Assembly: GCA_043768765.1 (NCBI GenBank)
Contig: JAYVKC010000002.1
Location: 18,206 to 82,205 of the forward strand
Origin: Hyphomicrobiales bacterium
GTDB taxonomy: Bacteria > Pseudomonadota > Alphaproteobacteria > Rhizobiales > Aestuariivirgaceae
Direction of reading: 5' to 3'
DNA: 64,000 bases
Shown here: one piece after another, positions 10,604 through 20,722 of the stretch
How positions within the stretch are numbered: position 1 is the stretch's first letter
Layout of the letters: every line of letters starts with the position of its first letter
Program-made: the position numbers and the translations under genes
The notes under the pieces: model-generated
Database searches by the model: none
What the model saw: only the letters and a program-made list of their open reading frames with translations
Told to the model about the DNA's origin: nothing

Positions 10604-11818
10604 TCAAAGCTTCACTCCCAGAATGTCCGCCACGGTGAAGATGTCCTTGTCGCCGCGGCCACACATGTTCATCACCATCAAATGGTCCTTGGGCAGTTTG
10701 GGGGCGATCTTCATGACGTGGGCCAATGCGTGTGATGGTTCCAGCGCCGGGATGATGCCTTCAAGCTTACAGCACAGTTGAAAGGCTGCGAGTGCTTCCT
10801 TGTCGGTGGCGGAAACATATTGCACGCGCTTCATGTCATGCAGCCAGGCGTGTTCCGGGCCGATGCCGGGATAGTCGAGGCCTGCCGAGATGGAATGACC
10901 TTCGGTGATCTGGCCGTCGTCATCCATCAGTAAATAGGTGCGGTTGCCATGCAATATGCCGGGCTTGCCGCCGGTGATGGAAGCAGCGTGTTTTTTCGTC
11001 AGGCCATGCCCCGCCGCTTCAACGCCAATAATTTCCACGTGCCTGTCATCAAGAAACGGGTGGAACAAGCCCATGGCATTTGAGCCGCCACCGATGGCGG
11101 CCACCAGCGAATCCGGCAGGCGACCTTCGCGCTTCAACATCTGTTCCCTGGTTTCGCGACCGATCACGGACTGGAAGTCACGCACCATTTCCGGATAGGG
11201 ATGCGGTCCGGCCACCGTGCCGATGCAGTAAAATGTATCTTCAACATTGGCGACCCAATCGCGCAGTGCTTCGTTGAGCGCATCCTTCAAGGTGCGCGAA
11301 CCGGATTTGGCCGGAACAACAGTGGCCCCCAGCAATTTCATGCGGAACACGTTGGGTGCCTGGCGCGCAATATCCACTTCGCCCATGTAGACAATGCATT
11401 CGAGGCCAAACCGTGCGCAGGCGGTGGCAGTGGCGACACCGTGCTGGCCTGCACCTGTTTCCGCAATGATGCGTTTTTTGCCCATGCGGCGGGCGAGAAG
11501 GATTTGCCCCATCACATTGTTGATCTTGTGGGCGCCTGTATGATTCAGTTCGTCACGCTTGAAATAGACCTTGGCCCCGCCCAGATGTTCCGTCAGACGC
11601 TCGGCGAAATAGAGGGGGCTGGGACGGCCCACATAGTGTTCGAGAAAATCATCCAGTTCGGCCTGAAATGACGGATCAGCCTTGGCATCCTTGTAAGCCT
11701 GTTCCAGTTCAAGAATTAGTGGCATCAACGTTTCGGCCACGAAACGACCGCCATAAATGCCAAAAAGGCCCTTCTCGTTCGGGCCGTTGCGAAAGGAATT
11801 GGGTGTGCTGTCGTTCAT
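10604..11818 (-). CDS. trpB: Tryptophan synthase beta subunit
   Basis: 404 aa. PLP lysine motif [19 protein letters not shown] motif. Confidence 0.95.
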   Translation of the reverse strand: MNDSTPNSFRNGPNEKGLFGIYGGRFVAETLMPLILELEQAYKDAKADPSFQAELDDFLEHYVGRPSPLYFAERLTEHLGGAKVYFKRDELNHTGAHKINNVMGQILLARRMGKKRIIAETGAGQHGVATATACARFGLECIVYMGEVDIARQAPNVFRMKLLGATVVPAKSGSRTLKDALNEALRDWVANVEDTFYCIGTVAGPHPYPEMVRDFQSVIGRETREQMLKREGRLPDSLVAAIGGGSNAMGLFHPFLDDRHVEIIGVEAAGHGLTKKHAASITGGKPGILHGNRTYLLMDDDGQITEGHSISAGLDYPGIGPEHAWLHDMKRVQYVSATDKEALAAFQLCCKLEGIIPALEPSHALAHVMKIAPKLPKDHLMVMNMCGRGDKDIFTVADILGVKL

Positions 11819-11827
11819 GCGTTCACT

Positions 11828-12469
11828 CTACCGGGCCGCCTTGGCCGCCTCAATGAATTTCCGGATCAGGGCCCCGTCTTTGACGCCAGGGGACGATTCC
11901 ACGCCGGAGGACACGTCCACCATGTGTGTGCCTGTCAGCGAAATGGCCCGCGCCACGGTTTCCGGGCTCAAGCCACCCGCCAGCATGTAGGGGTGCGATG
12001 CCGCGGCCAGCAGCGACCAATCAAACGCGTGCCCCATGCCACCCGGCAGCGGGCCTGTGGTCTTGGCATCAAACATCATGAATTCGGCATGACCCGTGTA
12101 GCTTTCCGCGCGCGCCACATCAGCCGCCTCTGCCACGCTGATCACTTTGATCACGGGAATGCCGGTGAGTTTGCGGATGTCGGACACACGCTGCGGCGTC
12201 TCCTTGCCATGGGCCTGGATAAAGTCAGGCCGTACGGTGCGGGCGATTGCTGAGAGGAGTTGGTCGTCAACATCGACAACGACGGTCACAACCTTTGCCG
12301 TGCCCCCATTCCTGTCCTTCGCCATGGCGGCGAGAACACGGGCTTGATCCAGTGAAACGTTGCGCGGGGATTTCGCAAAGAACATGAGGCCGACAAAGTC
12401 AGCCCCGGCATCGAGTGCGGCGTTGAGGGTGACGGGGTCGGAGAGGCCGCAGATCTTGACCCGTGCCAT
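11828..12469 (-). CDS. trpF: N-(5'-phosphoribosyl)anthranilate isomerase
   Basis: 213 aa starting MARVKICGL (typical TrpF start). Conserved position upstream of trpB. Confidence 0.85.
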   Translation of the reverse strand: MARVKICGLSDPVTLNAALDAGADFVGLMFFAKSPRNVSLDQARVLAAMAKDRNGGTAKVVTVVVDVDDQLLSAIARTVRPDFIQAHGKETPQRVSDIRKLTGIPVIKVISVAEAADVARAESYTGHAEFMMFDAKTTGPLPGGMGHAFDWSLLAAASHPYMLAGGLSPETVARAISLTGTHMVDVSSGVESSPGVKDGALIRKFIEAAKAAR

Positions 12470-13161
12470 CAGGCAAGGCTTTTCAAAATGGCATCACAGG
12501 CGGCAACCGGATCGGCAGCACCCGTGATGGCACGGCCAATTACCAGAATGTCGGCACCGGCCTCGATGGCAGCTTTCGGTGTAGCAATGCGCTTCTGGTC
12601 ATGGGCCGCAACATCCGCAGGCCTGATGCCTGGCACAACCGTCAGAAAATCCTGTCCCAGAGCCTTGCGTACATGAGCAAGTTCCTGCGGAGAACAGACA
12701 ATTCCATCTAGCCCCGCCTTCGCGGCAAGTTTGGCCAGCGTTACAACCAAGGCCTTGCCCACTGCATCATGTCCGGTGTCAAACAGGTCAGCGTTGGTGA
12801 GGCTTGTGAGCACCGTGACAGCAATGAGTTTGGTGGAAGCCGGGACCGCATCACGCGCTGCTTTCATCATGTCCAAGCCTCCCTGGGCATGCACATTGAG
12901 AATGGCAGGGGCTGGCACCAGCTTCATCAGTGAGGTCAACCCCTGCGCCACCGTGTTGGGAATGTCGTGGAGTTTCAGATCGAGAAAGATGGGCAGGCCC
13001 TGGCGGGCCACGGCTTCATAGCCTGCGGCACCATTGGCATAGAAAAATTCCATGCCAATTTTCATGTATCCGGCATGTGGTTTGAGCGCCCGCGCCAAGG
13101 CCTTGGCCTTGGCAACATCGGGGGTGTCAAGGGCCACGCAGATGGGGTTCGAAGATTGCAT
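12469..13161 (-). CDS. pyrF: Orotidine 5'-phosphate decarboxylase
   Basis: 230 aa. ICVALDTP...FLDLKLHDIPNTV catalytic motif (DxKxxD). Confidence 0.9.
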   Translation of the reverse strand: MQSSNPICVALDTPDVAKAKALARALKPHAGYMKIGMEFFYANGAAGYEAVARQGLPIFLDLKLHDIPNTVAQGLTSLMKLVPAPAILNVHAQGGLDMMKAARDAVPASTKLIAVTVLTSLTNADLFDTGHDAVGKALVVTLAKLAAKAGLDGIVCSPQELAHVRKALGQDFLTVVPGIRPADVAAHDQKRIATPKAAIEAGADILVIGRAITGAADPVAACDAILKSLA

Positions 13162-13182
13162 GGGGCGCGTCCTAGCCGCAAA

Positions 13183-14100
13183 TCACCCCGTGCGCAAATG
13201 CACCATCACGGCGGTGGCCAGGTCTTCAAGTGCTGTGCCGCAGGATTTGAACAGGGTGATTTCTGCGGCGGATGTCCGGCCCTGCACCTTGCCCCGGCAG
13301 AGCTCCGACAGGTCGCCGTGCACATGTGAAAATTCAAACTTTCCTTCTGCCGCCGCCTGGATGAGGTCGCCCGCTTCGGCCAATGCCCCTTCGCGGGTGT
13401 CAACGTAAACCCGCGCCATGGCCACGGCATCACCATCCACTTCGCGCATGGCAGGCTTGTAGGCCCCGGCAAGATCGAGGTGTGTGCCAGGTTTCAGCCA
13501 CGCGCCCCTGACCAGCGCCACAGAGGAACTGGTGACACAGGCAACAACATCAGCGAGCTTTACGGCATTCTCAAGCGATGAAACACGCGCCTCAAACCCC
13601 CCGGCGGTGAGAGCCTTGACCACTGCTTGGGCCTTTTCCGGCGTGCGGTTGCAAACAAGGACGGTGCGGATGGGGCGCACGCTGGCATGGGCTTTGGCAA
13701 AATGCAGGGCCAGTTCTCCGGCTCCCACAAGGGCCAGAACCTTGGCATCTTGCCGGGCGAGATAATCGGCAGCCAATGCGGATGCGGCCGCCGTGCGGCG
13801 GCGCGTGAGCTCTGTTCCGTCCATCGCGACAGAAGGTGTTCCCGTTGCATTGTCGATCAGCATGTAGGCTGCTTGTACCGACGGCAAGGCCTTCGACGCA
13901 TTGTCTGGCTTGACGGTGACGGTCTTGATGCCGGTCCAGTCCTTGGTCCATGCGGGCATCAGCAACAATGTCGCCGCACCGGTTTCGTGATGGTGGCGGA
14001 CGGGTGTGGTAATGTCACCGGCAAAGGCGGTGCGCAAGGTTTCAACGATGTCGCGATAAGGGGCGGCGGCGGCCAATGCTTCCGCTGATATCCATTTCAT
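13183..14100 (-). CDS. Ornithine cyclodeaminase / mu-crystallin family protein
   Basis: About 306 aa from MKWISAEALAAA. Rossmann motif LALVGAGELA. The family is known as OCD/mu-crystallin. The longer upstream ORF extension is low-complexity, so the 14100 start is preferred. Confidence 0.7.
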   Translation of the reverse strand: MKWISAEALAAAAPYRDIVETLRTAFAGDITTPVRHHHETGAATLLLMPAWTKDWTGIKTVTVKPDNASKALPSVQAAYMLIDNATGTPSVAMDGTELTRRRTAAASALAADYLARQDAKVLALVGAGELALHFAKAHASVRPIRTVLVCNRTPEKAQAVVKALTAGGFEARVSSLENAVKLADVVACVTSSSVALVRGAWLKPGTHLDLAGAYKPAMREVDGDAVAMARVYVDTREGALAEAGDLIQAAAEGKFEFSHVHGDLSELCRGKVQGRTSAAEITLFKSCGTALEDLATAVMVHLRTG

Positions 14101-14444
14101 AACCAGCCCGTGCCAACGGGAATGACATTGGTTTGCGGTTCCGGTTCCCTGGTTTTCAACAGCGCATCGCGCTCGGCTTGCAGGCGCGCGATATCCGCTT
14201 GTGCCTCGCGGGCGCGCTTGCGGTATTTGCCCTGCGCCAGCCACGATCCAACCCAACCGATCACCGCACCCACCGCGATGCCAACAAAAAACAACAACCA
14301 CAGGGGCAGGGAGAGCGACGCGGTTGAATCACCGCGCGACAGGGGGTCAAGTGAAAGGGTCACGTTCTGCCGGTTGGCTACCGCAAAAGCGATCACGAAC
14401 AGCGCAATTGGCAATCCGATGACCCAGCGCAGGATGCGTTGCAA
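14097..14444 (-). CDS. LapA-family (DUF1049) inner-membrane protein
   Basis: 115 aa with two N-terminal TM helices, then KYRKRAREAQADIARLQAERDALL coiled tail. This family typically sits next to ihfB. 4-nt overlap with the downstream gene. Confidence 0.6.
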   Translation of the reverse strand: MQRILRWVIGLPIALFVIAFAVANRQNVTLSLDPLSRGDSTASLSLPLWLLFFVGIAVGAVIGWVGSWLAQGKYRKRAREAQADIARLQAERDALLKTREPEPQTNVIPVGTGWL

Positions 14445-14447
14445 ATT

Positions 14448-14732
14448 TCAGCCCTTGCTGTTGAGCCGGGCGCGCAAATCCTTGCCGGTTTTGAAAAACG
14501 GTACTTTCTTCGGGGTCACTTCGACACTTTCGCCAGTTCGCGGATTGCGCCCGGTGCGCCCGTCGCGCGATTTGACGGAAAACGCCCCGAACCCCCGGAG
14601 TTCCACCCGCGACCCGTTTTTCATGGCAATGATGATTTCATCCAGCACCTTGTTGACGATGCGTTCCACATCACGGTGGTAGAGATGGGTGTTCTTCTCG
14701 GCAATTTTCAGGACGAGTTCGGATTTGATCAT
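14448..14732 (-). CDS. ihfB: Integration host factor subunit beta
   Basis: 94 aa from [33 protein letters not shown]...[25 protein letters not shown] (HU/IHF fold). Located upstream of rpsA, as in many alphaproteobacteria. Confidence 0.9.
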   Translation of the reverse strand: MIKSELVLKIAEKNTHLYHRDVERIVNKVLDEIIIAMKNGSRVELRGFGAFSVKSRDGRTGRNPRTGESVEVTPKKVPFFKTGKDLRARLNSKG

Positions 14733-14877
14733 GGTGCATCCCCGCTGCTGATTTGCACGTTTGATTTGCGCTCCGCCGAAAGGTGCCAAACCATTGGCAT
14801 CACGTCAAGTTTTTTGGCTCTGCAACAAAAATGGCCGGGTTTCCCCGGCCATCTGAACACACATTGCCAATGGCTGA

Positions 14878-16626
14878 TCAGGTTTCGGCGTCTTTTTTCT
14901 TGAGTGCCGCCTGCAGGATGTCGCCCAGGCTCGCACCTGAGTCGGTTGAACCGTACTGGGCCACGGCTTCGCGCTCGTCCGAGATTTCCAACGCCTTGAT
15001 CGAGGCGTTGATCTTGCGGCCCTTGGCATCCATGGCGGTGATGAGGGCGTCGAACTTCTCGCCAACGGCGAAGCGTTCCGGGCGCTGCTCACCACGGTCG
15101 CGGGCGAGATCGGCCCGCTTGACGTAGGCTGTGTAGTCCGTGCCGGTGACACGCACTTCCAAGCCGCCGTCTTCAACCTTGAGCACTTCGCAGGTGACCT
15201 TGGAGCCCTTGCGCACATTGCCGCCGGTTGCCGGTGCACCAGCAGCCGCCTTGGCACCGCCGCTGCTGCTGCCCGCACCTTCGCCGGACAGTTGCTTGAT
15301 GCCGAGCGAAATGCGCTCCTTCTCCTGGTCGATGTCGAGCACCACGGCCTTGACCGTGTCGCCCTTCTTGTAATCCTTGATGGCTTCCTCGCCCGGACGC
15401 TTCCAGTCGATGTCGCTCAAGTGAACCATGCCGTCCACATCGCCTTCGAGGCCGATGAAGAGACCGAACTCGGTCATGTTCTTCACTTCGCCTTCGATCT
15501 GCGTTCCCTTGGGGAAGCGGGCCGAGAAGGTTTCCCACGGATTGGCCTGGACCTGCTTGAGGCCCAGTGAAATGCGGCGCTTGGCACCGTCGATCTCGAG
15601 GATCTGCACTTCGATCTCTTCCGATGTGGACAGAATCTTGCCGGGGTGCACGTTCTTCTTGGTCCAGCTCATCTCCGAGACGTGGATCAGGCCTTCGATG
15701 CCGTCTTCCAGTTCCACAAATGCACCGTAGTCGGTGATGTTGGTGACCTTGCCCTTGACCTTTGCGCCAACCGGATATTTGCCGGTGACGATTTCCCACG
15801 GGTCCTTGTCGAGCTGTTTCATGCCCAGCGAAATGCGCTGGGTTTCCGGATTGATGCGGATGATCTGTACCTTCACGGTCTGGCCGACGCTCAACACATC
15901 CGACGGATGGTTGACGCGCTTCCAGGCCACGTCGGTCACATGCAGCAAGCCATCGATGCCGCCGAGATCCACGAACGCACCGTAATCAGTGATGTTCTTG
16001 ACCACACCGTCAACAACCTGGCCTTCAGCCAGGTTCTGCACGAGTTCAGACCGCTGTTCGGCACGGGTTTCTTCCATGATGGCGCGGCGCGAGACAACGA
16101 TATTGCCACGGCGACGGTCCATTTTCAGGATCTGGAACTGCTGGGGAACATGCATCAGCGGACCCACATCGCGGATCGGACGCACATCAACCTGGGAGCC
16201 TGGCAGAAACGCCACAGCGCCGCCCAGATCAACAGTAAAGCCGCCTTTGACGCGGCCGAAGATCACGCCTTCGACGCGCTCATTCTTGCCGGAAACTTCT
16301 TCCAGACGGGTCCAGGCTTCTTCGCGCTTGGCCTTGTCGCGCGACAGCACGGCTTCGCCCAAGGCGTTCTCGATGCGCTCAAGATAAACTTCAACGGTAT
16401 CGCCGGCCTTGAGCACGACGTCCTTGCCGTTGACGGCAAATTCCTTCAGCGGAATGCGGCCTTCGGTCTTGAGGCCAACGTCGATGATCACCAGTTCGTT
16501 TTCAACGGCAAGCACCTTGCCCTTGACGACGGTGTTTTCAGCGACGGGACGGTCAAGATAGCTCTCTTCGAGGAGAGACATGAAATCGTCACGGGTGGGG
16601 TTCATGGAAACGGCAGATTTTGCCAT
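14878..16626 (-). CDS. rpsA: 30S ribosomal protein S1
   Basis: About 580 aa with six S1 repeats, starting [23 protein letters not shown]. Confidence 0.95.
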   Translation of the reverse strand: MAKSAVSMNPTRDDFMSLLEESYLDRPVAENTVVKGKVLAVENELVIIDVGLKTEGRIPLKEFAVNGKDVVLKAGDTVEVYLERIENALGEAVLSRDKAKREEAWTRLEEVSGKNERVEGVIFGRVKGGFTVDLGGAVAFLPGSQVDVRPIRDVGPLMHVPQQFQILKMDRRRGNIVVSRRAIMEETRAEQRSELVQNLAEGQVVDGVVKNITDYGAFVDLGGIDGLLHVTDVAWKRVNHPSDVLSVGQTVKVQIIRINPETQRISLGMKQLDKDPWEIVTGKYPVGAKVKGKVTNITDYGAFVELEDGIEGLIHVSEMSWTKKNVHPGKILSTSEEIEVQILEIDGAKRRISLGLKQVQANPWETFSARFPKGTQIEGEVKNMTEFGLFIGLEGDVDGMVHLSDIDWKRPGEEAIKDYKKGDTVKAVVLDIDQEKERISLGIKQLSGEGAGSSSGGAKAAAGAPATGGNVRKGSKVTCEVLKVEDGGLEVRVTGTDYTAYVKRADLARDRGEQRPERFAVGEKFDALITAMDAKGRKINASIKALEISDEREAVAQYGSTDSGASLGDILQAALKKKDAET

Positions 16627-16908
16627 ATGTGTGAGGTCCTTCAGGTGGGGAAAGTGCGGGCACATTCTTATCCGCCCGACGTCCGCACTGGCTGCCGCGA
16701 TTTTACATCCGGCAGGATGGTTTGAGCGTTTGGGAAACAGGTTTCACAGCCGCGGTGCTGCAATGGTTTCCAAAACAGGGAAGGGTGCCGATAGCCATCC
16801 GCACCCGGTGACGTCATAGATGTCCGCGAGACGGGTGGGGCTTAGCGCAGTCAGAGGACAGGGGCAAGGGGGCGACAATAGCTGGCAGATGGTGTCGATT
16901 CGGCGCTT

Positions 16909-17685
16909 TTAGAGCAGGGTAAACGCCGCGCGGAACGCCTCAAGCGCTGTTTCGTCATCACCTTTGGCAAAAGATTCCAAGCCTACTGGTCCCGAATACC
17001 CCATGGTTTGCAAGGCACGCGCCACGCCAGCGTAGTTGATTTCGCCTGTGCCTGGCTCAAATCGCCCCGGATTGTCCGCCACTTGCACCTCACCGATCCA
17101 CGGCAAGCACTTTTCACACCAGCGGATGAGATCGCCTTCGCCAATCTGCGTGTGGTAGAGATCAAGATTGATTTTCAACTGCGGCCGGTTGACTGAAGAG
17201 ACGAGCGTCAACACATCAGCCGTTGAGCCGAACGGGCAGCCGGGGTGATCAAGAAGATTGAGATTTTCCAACGTGTAAGTCACACCTTCTTTTTCGCCCA
17301 AGTCGCAAATGCGGTCGAGCGTATCGCGCGCTTTCAGCCACATTTTGCCACTCACGACTTCAGTCTGCGCAATCGGAATGCCGCCGTCACCAAGACCTGT
17401 GCCATGCAAGTTCAGACGCGCCACACCCAGCCGCTTGCCGACTTGCGCTGTCTCACGCGCTGACTTGAGCAACATGTCCGCACCTTCGTCATCAGCGAGG
17501 CGGCCTTCAAGATAGCCGTTCATGATGGTGAAGGTGGCACCAGTTTTTTCGAGTTTAGCAACATCATGGGCGGGCCAGTTCCACAGACCGACGCCGAATC
17601 CCAGCTCTTTGAGACGCGAGCAGCGCCATTCAATGGGTTTGTGGCGCCACAGCATTTCAGCGCAGGCAGCAAGTTGGAAAGTCAT
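16909..17685 (-). CDS. Hydroxypyruvate isomerase (Hyi/OtnI) family TIM-barrel sugar-phosphate isomerase/epimerase
   Basis: 258 aa, xylose-isomerase-like TIM barrel (…HTQIGEGDL…). Last gene of the LacI-regulated ABC operon. Confidence 0.6.
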   Translation of the reverse strand: MTFQLAACAEMLWRHKPIEWRCSRLKELGFGVGLWNWPAHDVAKLEKTGATFTIMNGYLEGRLADDEGADMLLKSARETAQVGKRLGVARLNLHGTGLGDGGIPIAQTEVVSGKMWLKARDTLDRICDLGEKEGVTYTLENLNLLDHPGCPFGSTADVLTLVSSVNRPQLKINLDLYHTQIGEGDLIRWCEKCLPWIGEVQVADNPGRFEPGTGEINYAGVARALQTMGYSGPVGLESFAKGDDETALEAFRAAFTLL

Positions 17686-17700
17686 GCGTGATCTCCGGTA

Positions 17701-18486
17701 TCAGTGCGCTTGGGCTTCGATTTCGGCTTCGAGGCTGGACATGGAAGCGCCACCGGCCATGAGATCGGTGATCTCTTCCCGGGTCTTCTCACCCTTCTTG
17801 AAGTCCGCAGCAACGGAACCGCGAATGAGAACCGCAAAGTGATCACCCACCGCCATGGCATGCATCACTTGATGCGTGATGAAGATGACAGCGAGGCCGC
17901 GCTTCTTGGCTTCATTGACAACACGCAAGACGTGGGTGGCTTGCTTGACACCCAGTGCCGCCGTCGGCTCATCAAGGATCAGCACGCGGGCACCGAAATA
18001 CAACGCACGCGCGATCGCCAGCGACTGGCGTTCACCACCGGAGAGACCGCCTACCAGCCGGTCACCGTCATCAATGCGCGTGATGCCGAAATCCTGCACG
18101 GCTTTCACGGCAATTTCATTCGCCTTCTTGCGGTCATAAATCTTGAAAGGGCCAAAACCTTTTGTGGGCTCAACGCCGACGAAGAACGAGCGGCCAATGC
18201 TCATGAGTGGAAAGGTGCCGCCGAACTGGTGCACCGTGGCAATGCCACGATCCGACGACTCGCGCGGATTCTTGAATGCAATCGCATTGCCATCCATTTT
18301 CACCGTGCCGGAGGAGGGAATGTAAACGCCCGACAGAATCTTGATCAGCGTCGACTTGCCCGCGCCATTGTCGCCCAGCAAACACAATACTTCACCCGCC
18401 CGCACTTGCAGCGAGATGTCGTTCAAGACCTCAATCGGGCCGAAGGATTTGTTGATGTGTTCCAGTTCGAGAATGGGCGCGGTCAT
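17701..18486 (-). CDS. Sugar ABC transporter ATP-binding protein (single ABC domain, FrcA-like)
   Basis: 261 aa. Walker A GDNGAGKST, ABC signature LSGGERQ, Walker B ILILDEPT. Confidence 0.85.
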   Translation of the reverse strand: MTAPILELEHINKSFGPIEVLNDISLQVRAGEVLCLLGDNGAGKSTLIKILSGVYIPSSGTVKMDGNAIAFKNPRESSDRGIATVHQFGGTFPLMSIGRSFFVGVEPTKGFGPFKIYDRKKANEIAVKAVQDFGITRIDDGDRLVGGLSGGERQSLAIARALYFGARVLILDEPTAALGVKQATHVLRVVNEAKKRGLAVIFITHQVMHAMAVGDHFAVLIRGSVAADFKKGEKTREEITDLMAGGASMSSLEAEIEAQAH

Positions 18487-18489
18487 GGC

Positions 18490-19515
18490 TCAAGCCTTCT
18501 TTTTGGGCGCATAAGTGAATGCCACACGCCTGAATGTGTTGTTCAAGAGGACAGCAGCCAGAAGCAATACACCCATGAAAAGGCTGGACCAGTTGCGGTC
18601 AAAATTGGTGTAGTAAATGCCTTGCATGACGATGGCGAAGGTGATTGTCCCAAAGAATATCCCGATCACGGAACCAAAGCCCCCGGTGAGGACAACACCA
18701 CCGACGACGACTGCGATGATGGCATTGAAGATAAAGCTTTGACCACCGGAAACTGTTGCATTGTTCACCAGCAAGGCTTGGCACATGCCCACAAAGGCTG
18801 CGGAAGTTGAAGCGAGGACGAAGAGTGTAACCGTGAGTTTGTCCGTCGGGATACCAGCGTTGCGCGCCGAGTTCCGGTCACCGCCCATGGCGAAAATCCA
18901 ATTGCCGTATGGCGAATAATGAACGAAAAAAACGTAGATTGCTGTCAGGATAAACCACCAGACAACAACGACCGCGAGCTGGCTGGGCGGAAAAATGCCG
19001 AAAAGCTCGACATATTCGCCGAACATTGATTTAGCCAAGCCTTCGGCTGGCAACTTGACCGTGGTTGATTTGGTGATGCCGACTGTCATGCCGAGCAGGA
19101 TGCCTTGAACGGCAAAGAGCGTTGCCAATGTGACGATGAGTGATGGCACGGCAGTGCGCACCACAATGAGGCCGTTGATCAGCCCGACAATGACGCCAAA
19201 AGCAAGCGTGGCGGCAATCGCAAACCAAATCGAAAAGCCAAAATGGCCTGCAAGCACGGCGGTGACCATGGCACCTGCTGGAACCATGGCACCGATTGAA
19301 ATATCAAGTTCGCCAGCGATCATGAGAAGACCAAGAGGAATGGCGATGATGCCAATGCTCGCTCCCACATTGAGCCAACTGGAAAGTCCGCCGCTGATCT
19401 TGAGAAAATTGACGCCACCAAAGATGGCGAAAAAGATCAGGACGGCGACCAAACCGAGGAATGCGCCCGCTTCAGGGCGGCGGAAGAGATTGCCGAGGGA
19501 GAAGTTGTTGGTCAT
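18490..19515 (-). CDS. Sugar ABC transporter permease (RbsC/FrcC-like)
   Basis: 341 aa polytopic membrane protein. 4-nt spacing to the ATPase gene. Confidence 0.8.
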   Translation of the reverse strand: MTNNFSLGNLFRRPEAGAFLGLVAVLIFFAIFGGVNFLKISGGLSSWLNVGASIGIIAIPLGLLMIAGELDISIGAMVPAGAMVTAVLAGHFGFSIWFAIAATLAFGVIVGLINGLIVVRTAVPSLIVTLATLFAVQGILLGMTVGITKSTTVKLPAEGLAKSMFGEYVELFGIFPPSQLAVVVVWWFILTAIYVFFVHYSPYGNWIFAMGGDRNSARNAGIPTDKLTVTLFVLASTSAAFVGMCQALLVNNATVSGGQSFIFNAIIAVVVGGVVLTGGFGSVIGIFFGTITFAIVMQGIYYTNFDRNWSSLFMGVLLLAAVLLNNTFRRVAFTYAPKKKA

Positions 19516-19558
19516 TTTTGTTGCTTCCCGCCGATGAGGTCAGGAACTCCATATTTCT

Positions 19559-19667
19559 CCCCGCCCTGGAGGGCGGGGCAGGGGTGGGTGTCAGCGACAA
19601 GTGAGATGCGTGCCGTTCGCAAAATGAACCAAATACTTTGTGGCTGACACCCACCCCTACCCCTGCC
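19559..19667 (-). promoter_or_regulatory. Intercistronic GC-rich stem-loop pair between the binding-protein and permease genes (candidate mRNA stabiliser / partial terminator)
   Basis: Perfect palindrome CCCCGCCC-TGGA-GGGCGGGG at 19559-19578. Long-range inverted repeat GGCAGGGGTGGGTGTCAGC (19577-19595) pairing with GCTGACACCCACCCCTACCCCTGCC (19643-19667). Confidence 0.5.
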
Positions 19668-19711
19668 TCAAGGGAGGGGAAAGAAAAATGTCAGCCACAC
19701 TCAGGCAAGTC

Positions 19712-20677
19712 TTAGCGTGCGCCCTTGGCAACACCATTCAGTGTTGCATCAATGTTGGATGCATCAACAATGCCAGGACCCGTGAGCACAGGGAATGTTG
19801 GCAGGACCGTGCCAAAATCAATGTGGGCCGCGAGCAGATTTGCCGCCAACAAACCCTGCAAGTAGGGCTGTTGATCGATGGCAAACTTCTGTTCGCCGCT
19901 CTTGATGCGGTCAAGCACGGTCTGGCTCATGTCGAAGGTGCCGATGCTGACTTTGCCTTCCTTGCTTGCCTGCTTCACAGCGAGAGCTGTTGCATCCGAA
20001 GCCCAAGCGGCGAGTGTCACCACGCCATCAATGTCGGCGTTCTGTGTCAACGAGGCTTTGATGGCTTCTGCCACGGCTTGAACGTTGCCATCCAGGTTGG
20101 CTGGAAGTGGCAATTGCTCAACCACTACGCCACCTTCTTTGCCACCGTCAGCAATGCCTTTACAGCGGGCTTCAAGATTTGCGGCACCAGGAATGTGGTT
20201 GACGCAAAGCACCTTCTTGGCACCCAGTTTTGCAAATTGCTGGCCACCGGCAACGCCAGCAGCATATTCATCCGAGCCGACATAGTTGAGGGCACCAAGT
20301 TCCTTGGCCTTGTCACCACCGCCGGCATTCATCAAGATCACCTTGATACCTGCGGCCATGGCGTCCTTGATGGCTGGATCTTCAGCTTCCGGCACCCAGT
20401 TTGGAATGACGATGCCATCAACCTTCTGGCTGATGGCTGTGCGGATGAGGCCCACAACGTCCGGGGCGAAGTTATCGTAGTTGACGAGGCGCAAATAGTT
20501 GACCGAGCCGCCATTGGCTTCGATGCCGGGGCGCGCGTCATCGAGGCCCTTCTTGATCAGGTTCCAGAACGCATCATCGTTGGAGCCGCCGATCACTGCG
20601 ATATTCGCGGCAAGCGATGCTGTGGCGCTGATTACCAGCACAGCGGCACCCGCCATCAGTTTCTTCATCATGTTCAT
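19712..20677 (-). CDS. Sugar ABC transporter periplasmic substrate-binding protein (RbsB/FrcB-like, PBP type I)
   Basis: About 321 aa from MNMMKKLMAGAAVLVISATASLA (signal peptide). RBS GGAGG lies 6 nt upstream. Confidence 0.8.
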   Translation of the reverse strand: MNMMKKLMAGAAVLVISATASLAANIAVIGGSNDDAFWNLIKKGLDDARPGIEANGGSVNYLRLVNYDNFAPDVVGLIRTAISQKVDGIVIPNWVPEAEDPAIKDAMAAGIKVILMNAGGGDKAKELGALNYVGSDEYAAGVAGGQQFAKLGAKKVLCVNHIPGAANLEARCKGIADGGKEGGVVVEQLPLPANLDGNVQAVAEAIKASLTQNADIDGVVTLAAWASDATALAVKQASKEGKVSIGTFDMSQTVLDRIKSGEQKFAIDQQPYLQGLLAANLLAAHIDFGTVLPTFPVLTGPGIVDASNIDATLNGVAKGAR

Positions 20678-20722
20678 TTTAGTTCCTCCCAATAATCCGT
20701 CACCATGACGGGTTTTCAAAAC

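Noticed and set aside
15646-16725. 359-aa plus-strand ORF antisense to rpsA
   Set aside because: Shadow ORF opposite the S1 gene. No recognisable domain.
17704-18810. 368-aa plus-strand ORF antisense to the ABC ATPase and permease genes
   Set aside because: Antisense to two strongly supported genes. Composition-driven open frame.
19640-20695. 351-aa plus-strand ORF antisense to the substrate-binding-protein gene
   Set aside because: Shadow ORF. The opposite-strand SBP has a signal peptide, an RBS and a coherent domain.
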